This document shows positions 57,396-64,000 of a stretch of DNA of 64,000 nucleotides, piece after piece. The translations under genes and the position numbers were made by a program. Below the pieces are notes generated by a model. The model saw nothing but the letters and a program-made list of their open reading frames with translations. It had not been told where the DNA came from and searched no databases. Each line of letters opens with the position of its first letter. Position 1 is the first letter of the stretch. The DNA comes from Candidatus Multivoradales bacterium (GTDB taxonomy: Bacteria > Acidobacteriota > Thermoanaerobaculia > Multivoradales > JAHEKO01), in the NCBI GenBank assembly GCA_965248055.1, contig CBDFIJ010000004.1:896001-960000 (forward strand), written 5' to 3'.

Positions 57396-58466
57396 CTAGA
57401 TGATGGAAACGACGGCGGTATTGTCGGCCATCGCTTCGGCGGTCACCCGTCCCGCGAGGGCGGCAAACGCCTGGGCGTGAACGCCGTCCGGTTCGGCTGC
57501 AACTACCGGTGTGCCTCGATCGCCGCCGATCATGATTGCTGGATCCAGAGGAATCGCACCCAGGTAAGCGCAGTCCAGCGTCTCAGCGGTGGTCTTGCCA
57601 CCTCCGGAACCAAAAACCGGGGTCACCTCTCCACAGTGAGGACACGAGAACCCCGACATATTCTCGATAATCCCGAACACCGGAACCTCGACCTTGCGAA
57701 ACATCGCCAGCCCTTTACGGGCATCGATCAGCGCCAGATCCTGTGGCGTGGTGACGATCACCGCACCAGAAACCGGCACTTTTTGCGACAAGGTCAGTTG
57801 CGCGTCGCCGGTCCCGGGCGGTAGATCGACAATCAGGTATTCAAGTGCGCCCCAGTTGACATCGCCCAACAACTGCTCAATCGCCCGCACGATCATCGGC
57901 CCGCGCCAAATCACCGGCGTATCGACGTCGAGAATGAAGCCCAACGACATCACCCTCACGCCAAATTTCTCAAACGGGAAGATCCGGTTGCCCTCAACCT
58001 TGGGCTTGTCGGTAATGCCAAACATCATCGGCAAAGAGGGGCCGTAAATATCAGCGTCCAAGATTCCAACACTGTGCCCCTGTTGAGCCAACGCGACGGC
58101 GAGATTCGCCGAAACGGTGGACTTGCCAACCCCGCCTTTGCCACTGGCGACCGCGATGACGTTCTTAACTTCCGGAATCAGGTCACTGCTGGTCGATACC
58201 GCCTGCTGCGCCGGGGCGGCGGGGACCGTGATCGCCAACGTCACTTCGGCGTCGATGCCGTCAGCCTCCAAGGCTCGCTCGACCTGCCGTTGGACCTCCT
58301 CGGCGCTGTCTCGATTGCGCGTTTGGATCGCCAAATTGACCTGTACTGTGTCGCCTTCCGCAACCACTCGGTCGACAAAGCCAAACGAAACGATACTGCG
58401 AGACATTCCCGGAAAAGTCACCGTCTCGAGGATTTTCCACACTCGATCCGTGAGTTGTTGATTCAT
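57396..58466 (-). CDS. apbC: Mrp/NBP35 Fe-S carrier ATPase
   Basis: SGKGGVGKST, DADIYGPS, WRGPM, DLPPGTGD, CPHC. Confidence 0.93.
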   Translation of the reverse strand: MNQQLTDRVWKILETVTFPGMSRSIVSFGFVDRVVAEGDTVQVNLAIQTRNRDSAEEVQRQVERALEADGIDAEVTLAITVPAAPAQQAVSTSSDLIPEVKNVIAVASGKGGVGKSTVSANLAVALAQQGHSVGILDADIYGPSLPMMFGITDKPKVEGNRIFPFEKFGVRVMSLGFILDVDTPVIWRGPMIVRAIEQLLGDVNWGALEYLIVDLPPGTGDAQLTLSQKVPVSGAVIVTTPQDLALIDARKGLAMFRKVEVPVFGIIENMSGFSCPHCGEVTPVFGSGGGKTTAETLDCAYLGAIPLDPAIMIGGDRGTPVVAAEPDGVHAQAFAALAGRVTAEAMADNTAVVSII

Positions 58467-59224
58467 CCATTCTCCTGGTCCTGAGACGCACCGATCAACC
58501 CGTTGATCTGGTCTCGAATTGCCACATTGAGCTGCTTGCGATTCTCGAAATCACTCGGTAGCAGCAGAGTCCCGTAGTGTACCGAGATTGTGCCGGGGTG
58601 GATGGTTCTACGGTTGCGCGGCTTCACCTCCAATGCCCCTCGAATTCCCACCGGTAGCACCGGCAGTCCACTCGAGATTGCCAACAGAGATCCACCCCCG
58701 CGAAAGGGCAGCAAACGACCATCGAGTGATCTGGTTTCTTCAGGAAAGATCGCCAGAGAACAACCTTCTCCAAGCTGGGCTTTAGCCGAACTAAAGGCAC
58801 GCGCGCGGTTTTGCGTCTGACCACGGTCAACCGAAACGAATCCAGCCGCACGCATCGCCCCACCCAAAAAAGGGATGGCAAACAACTGTTTCTTGGCGAG
58901 AAATCGCACCTTGAACGGAAGCGCAAGAAACAGTACGGGGATGTCGTACAGGCTGCTGTGGTTGGCCATCACAATACATTGACCGATCTTTGAAAGATCG
59001 CCGGTTTCGGTCAGTTTCAAGTGCACTCCGCTGGCAAGCAGCACCACTCGCGCCCAGGTTCGCAGCAGCCAAGTAATCGCAGCATCCCAGCGGACTACGG
59101 TTGCCATCATCACCGAAACCGAACACAACAGGGTCGAGACCACCAGGACAGGAATCCCAACCACGGTGGCGAGAGCCGAGGCAACACCGCCAAACGCGTT
59201 ACTATCTCGGCCCGGATCGCTCAT
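58463..59224 (-). CDS. 1-acyl-sn-glycerol-3-phosphate acyltransferase (PlsC-like)
   Basis: NHSSLYD, FLAKKQLF, IFPE.TRS. Confidence 0.88.
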   Translation of the reverse strand: MSDPGRDSNAFGGVASALATVVGIPVLVVSTLLCSVSVMMATVVRWDAAITWLLRTWARVVLLASGVHLKLTETGDLSKIGQCIVMANHSSLYDIPVLFLALPFKVRFLAKKQLFAIPFLGGAMRAAGFVSVDRGQTQNRARAFSSAKAQLGEGCSLAIFPEETRSLDGRLLPFRGGGSLLAISSGLPVLPVGIRGALEVKPRNRRTIHPGTISVHYGTLLLPSDFENRKQLNVAIRDQINGLIGASQDQENG

Positions 59225-59257
59225 CTCGACGGAGCCTTTGCCGGAGTCAAACGAATC

Positions 59258-59641
59258 ATGAATTCTCCCACGGGTGTATCGATCGATCGAGGAATGCGGC
59301 TGTTACGGAGCGGCTTGTGGTGTGGGGCGTTGGGGAACTTGTTGTTGGGCCTAGTCCTCATCGTCTCGCCCGAAATTCTGCGTCTTCCGCCAGTAGCCCC
59401 ATTCTACTCGGCGCTGATCGTGGTCTTGCTGACCATTTTAGCCGCCCTCGCTGTGACAGTCGCTTACGCGCCTCCCGGCAACCGACGATCGATCCGCTGG
59501 ATTGCACTCGGACACCTCACGATCGGTTTACTGGCGGCAACTTTTGCCGCTAGCTACGCCTTCGACTTGACGCTGATCGCGGTACTTGAGTTGTTGATTG
59601 CTGGCGCGATCTACTTCGGGCTGAAGCTAGCGCGCCTATGA
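59258..59641 (+). CDS. Small four-helix membrane protein
   Basis: Four hydrophobic segments; ATGA-coupled to mlaE. Confidence 0.65.
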   Translation: MNSPTGVSIDRGMRLLRSGLWCGALGNLLLGLVLIVSPEILRLPPVAPFYSALIVVLLTILAALAVTVAYAPPGNRRSIRWIALGHLTIGLLAATFAASYAFDLTLIAVLELLIAGAIYFGLKLARL

Positions 59642-60396
59642 TCGAAGGATTGCGCAAAGGCTTGGAAACCGCAGGCGCCCTGGCGGTGCTCGGGTGGCAA
59701 GGCCTGTGGGCAATCTTGACACCACCCTGGCGATTCAAGAATTGGGTCCGGCAGATGGAAAGCGTTGGGGTCCAGTCACTCTTGGTGGCAGCCATCACCA
59801 CCGGCTTTACCGGCATGGTCCTGGCGCTGCAAACCGCCTACAGCCTGCCAACTCTGGGAGTGAAGTACTACATCGGCACTCTGGTTTCCAAGTCGCTGGT
59901 GCGCGAGTTGGGGCCGGTGTTGACCGCCCTGATCGTCGGCGGACGAATTGGTGCCGGCATGACCGCTGAACTCGGCACCATGAATGTCACCGAACAGATA
60001 TCCGCGATGCGATCGATGGCGGCAAATCCGTTACGGGAATTGGTTGCCCCACGGATGGCGGCGACTCTGTTCATGCTCCCGGTGTTGACCATCCTCGGCG
60101 ACGCCATGGGCATCCTCGGCGGGCTGGCGATTGCCGTCTTTCAACTCAATATTTCTGCTGGGTTTTATCTCAACGATGTTGCCGACGCTCTAACCCTGGC
60201 CGATATCGCCAGCGGGGTCGGAAAATCCTTCTTTTTCGCTTTCTTTGTAGCCACGGTGGCGTGCTACAATGGCCTCAACGCGACAGGCGGTGCGGACGGG
60301 GTCGGCAGAGCGACAACCCGCACTGTAGTGGTCTCAGCGATCCTGGTTCTGATTTCTGATTTTTTCCTCACCCAACTGTTTCACATCTTGTTCTGA
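59638..60396 (+). CDS. mlaE: MlaE lipid-asymmetry ABC permease
   Basis: RELGPVLTAL, GRIGAGMTAELGTM..TEQI, GVGRATT..VV. Confidence 0.92.
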   Translation: MIEGLRKGLETAGALAVLGWQGLWAILTPPWRFKNWVRQMESVGVQSLLVAAITTGFTGMVLALQTAYSLPTLGVKYYIGTLVSKSLVRELGPVLTALIVGGRIGAGMTAELGTMNVTEQISAMRSMAANPLRELVAPRMAATLFMLPVLTILGDAMGILGGLAIAVFQLNISAGFYLNDVADALTLADIASGVGKSFFFAFFVATVACYNGLNATGGADGVGRATTRTVVVSAILVLISDFFLTQLFHILF

Positions 60397-61148
60397 TGCC
60401 GACGGAGACCCTGATCTATTCGGTTCGTTCCGTAAGTAAATCGTACGGATCACAGACGGTATTGAACCAACTCAGTTTCGATCTTTCGGCCGGACAGTCG
60501 CTGGTCATCCTGGGCCGTTCTGGATCTGGCAAGAGCGTTACTTTGCGGCTGCTCAACGGCCTGGAAAAACCGAACTCAGGCGACATCTTGTTCGACGGTG
60601 AAAATATTGTCCCGCTGCCAGAGTCGGCGCTCTACCCGCTGCGTCGGCGCGTCAGTATGCTGTTTCAAGGCGGCGCTCTGTTTGACTCCATGACCGTCGC
60701 AGAGAACTTAGCTTTTCCCTTGAAACGGCATTCCGACCTAAACCCGGCGCAAATTAAACAACGCGTGGAAGCGGCTCTGGAACGAGTGGATCTAGCGGGA
60801 CGCGGTTCCAGTCTGCCGTCCGCGCTCTCCGGCGGAATGAAAAAGCGAGCCGCGTTGGCACGATCGTTGATGCTAAAGCCCGAAGTTATGCTCTACGACG
60901 AACCAACCACCGGACTCGACCCGATGACTTCTGCCAACATCGCCCGACTGATTCGAGACACCCAAGCGACTCTGAAAGTCGCCTCGGTTGTGGTCACTCA
61001 TGACATCGCCCTGGCTCGCAAGGTTGGCGATCGCGTGGCGTTCCTACAGAACGGCCAATTCAGTTTCCTCGGACCCTGGGATCAGGTCAGCCAATGCCAG
61101 AAACTGACCCAATTTCTCTCAGGAACGGAGGCACGCGATGCCGCGTGA
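60396..61148 (+). CDS. mlaF: MlaF/Mkl ABC ATPase
   Basis: GRSGSGKS, FQGGALFDSMTV, LSGGMKKR, YDEPTTGLDP. Confidence 0.92.
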   Translation: MPTETLIYSVRSVSKSYGSQTVLNQLSFDLSAGQSLVILGRSGSGKSVTLRLLNGLEKPNSGDILFDGENIVPLPESALYPLRRRVSMLFQGGALFDSMTVAENLAFPLKRHSDLNPAQIKQRVEAALERVDLAGRGSSLPSALSGGMKKRAALARSLMLKPEVMLYDEPTTGLDPMTSANIARLIRDTQATLKVASVVVTHDIALARKVGDRVAFLQNGQFSFLGPWDQVSQCQKLTQFLSGTEARDAA

Positions 61149-62277
61149 GCTAAGAGTTGGCATCTTGATCCTGCTGGCTATCGGAATCCTGGCGGCGGGA
61201 GTGTTTCTGATTGGTGATCGCGACCACGTGTTCTCCACCAAAGACCGCTACACCGTTCTGTTTGAGCGCGTTGGCGGCCTCGCTCCCGGAGCCAACGTAC
61301 AGCTTTCGGGCGTTGGCGTCGGCCAAGTGGAGCAGATCGACTTACCGCCCAACGCCCAGTCGTCGACCTTGACGGTAACCATCTCGATTGATCGACGCTA
61401 CCGGGACCGGGTGCGGCAGGACTCGATCGCTCGGATCAAGACTGTCGGCCTGCTGGGCGATAAGTTCATAGATATCACCTCGGGCACGCCGACCACGGAA
61501 GTTATTGGCCCGGGAGGCATCATCCCGGCTGCCCCGCCGACTGACGTCGATCAACTGATTTCCTCTGGGGAAGACTTTGTCGACAACGTCCTGTCGATGT
61601 CGATCAGCATGCGCAGCATGATGGCGCGGATGGAGAGTGGCGAGGGTGTTCTCGGCCAGTTGACTTCGGACAGCGAAACCGCCGAAACCATGCATAAGAC
61701 GCTGCAGGCGATGGAGAGCGTGCTGGCCAAAATCGACCGTGGTGAAGGGACTCTGGGCAAGTTCCTTCGAGATGACACGATCTTTCTACGTCTGGAACAA
61801 ACCCTAGGCCGGATAGAGCACGCCCTCGGCACCGTCGAACAAGGCGAGGGAGCTTTGGGCTTACTCCTAACCGACCCAGCGACCCGCGAGCGACTAGAGC
61901 GGACTCTGACCAATTTCGACACCGCGTCCCAGTCGCTGGCACAATTGAGCACCACCCTGCAGGAGGGTGACGGCCTGATTCCGACCTTGCTCAACGACGC
62001 CGAGTACGGCAAACAAGTGGCGACCGATCTCAAGCAGATGACGGAAAATCTCAGATTGATCAGCGAGAGACTGGAATCCGGAGACGGAACTGTCGCGCAA
62101 CTGATCAACGACCCCGACACCTACCAAGCACTCAACGACGTTCTGATCGGCGTGGAGCAAAACAAGTTTCTCCGTTGGATGATCCGCAGCCGACAAAAAA
62201 GAGGCATCAAGAAGCGCTATCAAGCTGCGGTGGAATCGGGCGAGTTGCAGCCGATCAACGAAGAGGATTTGCCATGA
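61138..62277 (+). CDS. mlaD: MlaD/MCE domain protein with long helical tail
   Basis: GL..GA.V.LSGV.VG.V, GLLGDKFIDI, repeated GEG.LG.L units. Confidence 0.88.
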   Translation: MPRELRVGILILLAIGILAAGVFLIGDRDHVFSTKDRYTVLFERVGGLAPGANVQLSGVGVGQVEQIDLPPNAQSSTLTVTISIDRRYRDRVRQDSIARIKTVGLLGDKFIDITSGTPTTEVIGPGGIIPAAPPTDVDQLISSGEDFVDNVLSMSISMRSMMARMESGEGVLGQLTSDSETAETMHKTLQAMESVLAKIDRGEGTLGKFLRDDTIFLRLEQTLGRIEHALGTVEQGEGALGLLLTDPATRERLERTLTNFDTASQSLAQLSTTLQEGDGLIPTLLNDAEYGKQVATDLKQMTENLRLISERLESGDGTVAQLINDPDTYQALNDVLIGVEQNKFLRWMIRSRQKRGIKKRYQAAVESGELQPINEEDLP

Positions 62278-63230
62278 GTCGCGTTCTGCTCACCGGCGGT
62301 GCGGGATTTATTGGCTCGCACACCACCAAGGCCTTGCTCTCGCGAGGCGACCAAGTGGTGGTGCTCGATGACTTCAACGATTTCTACGACCCCCAGATCA
62401 AGCGTCGAAACGTCGCGCCCTTTCTCGATCATGCTGCCTATCAACTGGTCGAGGGCGATATTCGAGACCGAGATCTGGTGCGCGATCTCTATTGCCAGCA
62501 TTCTTTTGATGCAACGATTCATCTGGCGGCGCGGGCCGGAGTCCGGCCGAGCCTGAAAGAACCGGTCCTCTACGAAGAGGTGAATTGCATCGCCACTTTG
62601 CATCTACTCGAAGCGGCAAGAGATTTCGAAGTCCCCAACTTCGTTTTCGGGTCCTCGTCATCGGTGTATGGCATCAACGAGAAAGTGCCGTTTTCTGAAG
62701 AGGACGAAATCAATCAACCGATCAGCCCCTACGCCACCACCAAGCGCACTGGCGAGTTGCTGTGCTTCAACTACCACCACCTCTACGGACTACGGATTTC
62801 GTGCCTGCGGTTTTTCACCGTTTATGGCCCGTCGCAGCGACCCGAGATGGCGATTCACTTGTTCACCCGCAAGCTAGCAGCCGGCGAACCGATCTCCATG
62901 TTCGGCGATGGCCGCAGTCGACGGGACTACACTTATGTCGATGACATCGTCAAAGGCATCCTCGCCGCCCACGACTTGGCGCCTAGCTTTGAGATCTTCA
63001 ACCTAGGTGGTGCTGAAACCACCCAACTCACAGATCTGATTGCCTGGATCGCCGAAGATCTCGGGGTCGAAGCCCTGGTTGATCGGCAGCCCGACCAACC
63101 AGGGGATGTGCCGATTACCTACGCCGATGTCAGCAAAGCCCAGAACATGCTGGGATACAATCCACAGGTCCCGATTCGCGAGGGACTACGGCGTTTTGTG
63201 CGCTGGTTTCGCGAAGACGAAACCTCCTAA
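62274..63230 (+). CDS. NAD-dependent epimerase (UDP-glucuronate 4-epimerase-like)
   Basis: TGGAGFIG, HLAARAGVRPS, SSSSVYG, YATTK, RFFTVYGP, RDYTYVDD. Confidence 0.9.
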   Translation: MSRVLLTGGAGFIGSHTTKALLSRGDQVVVLDDFNDFYDPQIKRRNVAPFLDHAAYQLVEGDIRDRDLVRDLYCQHSFDATIHLAARAGVRPSLKEPVLYEEVNCIATLHLLEAARDFEVPNFVFGSSSSVYGINEKVPFSEEDEINQPISPYATTKRTGELLCFNYHHLYGLRISCLRFFTVYGPSQRPEMAIHLFTRKLAAGEPISMFGDGRSRRDYTYVDDIVKGILAAHDLAPSFEIFNLGGAETTQLTDLIAWIAEDLGVEALVDRQPDQPGDVPITYADVSKAQNMLGYNPQVPIREGLRRFVRWFREDETS

Positions 63231-63271
63231 ACAGAGGTTTCCTAAGCAACAACTCTGAGATCGTACTGCGT

Positions 63272-64000
63272 ATGAATATTTGTGTCGTTGGTAGTGGATA
63301 TGTGGGCTTAGTCACCGGTGCTTGCCTAGCTGATTTTGGCATGACGGTCACCGGGGTGGACAAAGATTTGGCCAAAGTCGAGTCTCTGCAGGCGGGCAAG
63401 ATTCCGATCTATGAACCGGGCTTGGGCACCATCGTCAAAAGTAACATGGAGGCTGGACGGCTTCGGTTCACCGAACAACTCGGCCCGGCAATTGAAGACG
63501 CCTTGGTGATATTCATTGCGGTGGGCACGCCATCCAAGGCCGATGGCTCGGCGGACTTGACCTTCGTGCGTCAAGTGGCGGAGTCCATTGGACAGCATTT
63601 GAACGGTTACAAAGTGATTGTCACCAAGTCGACGGTACCGATTGGCACCGGCCGCATGATCGAAGAAACGGTGCGGGCGGCGAGTGAAGGGGCGCACGAC
63701 TTCGCGGTGGTCAGCAACCCCGAATTTCTCCGCGAGGGATCAGCGATCGAAGACTTCATGCAACCCGATCGGGTGGTGATTGGCACCAGTGACCCGCGCG
63801 CCAGCGACCTGATGTTGCAGGTCTACTCCCCTTTGCGAGTAGCCGACGTTCCGTTCGTCTTGACCAACGTCGAGTCCGCAGAGCTGATCAAGTACGCCTC
63901 CAACGGCTTTCTCGCCGCTAAAATCTCCTTCATCAATGAGGTCGCGGAGCTTTGCGAGAGCTTGGGCGCAGACGTCGAGGTGGTGGCTCGCGGCATGGGC
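63272..64000 (+). CDS. ugd: UDP-glucose 6-dehydrogenase (3' end runs off the window)
   Basis: Manual translation: MNICVVGSGYVGL, PIYEPGL, IAVGTP, KSTVP, SNPEFLREG, AELIKYASN. Confidence 0.92.
   Translation, partial: MNICVVGSGYVGLVTGACLADFGMTVTGVDKDLAKVESLQAGKIPIYEPGLGTIVKSNMEAGRLRFTEQLGPAIEDALVIFIAVGTPSKADGSADLTFVRQVAESIGQHLNGYKVIVTKSTVPIGTGRMIEETVRAASEGAHDFAVVSNPEFLREGSAIEDFMQPDRVVIGTSDPRASDLMLQVYSPLRVADVPFVLTNVESAELIKYASNGFLAAKISFINEVAELCESLGADVEVVARGMG

Overview
Gene-dense, GC-rich bacterial chromosomal window. The gene repertoire (lipid A and Mla genes, SufT, BrxA/B, AddAB) suggests a diderm, possibly Acidobacteriota; this is inference only. Most of the window is housekeeping or metabolic: ilvA, sufT, fused 2-oxoacid dehydrogenase E1, addBA, moaA, purE, pruA, aroA, LpxH-like hydrolase, apbC/mrp, PlsC-like acyltransferase, mlaEFD, and the start of ugd. 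It also holds a CusCBA-type metal efflux operon and a decayed, IS-rich patch at about 43.7-49.8 kb. Main findings: (1) an AhpD/peroxidase-like selenoprotein that the ORF track splits at an in-frame UGA (CxxU), followed by a SECIS-like hairpin; (2) LpxC fused to an intact response-regulator receiver domain; (3) an exported 9-Cys protein at the end of the cus operon; (4) a stack of isolated IS-terminus-like units in that operon's 3' UTR, one matching the IS481 end 13 kb away at 25/26 nt; (5) an IS256 nested in the 5' end of an IS481 transposase gene, with both target-site duplications intact and a possible hybrid promoter. No rRNA, tRNA or CRISPR array was seen.
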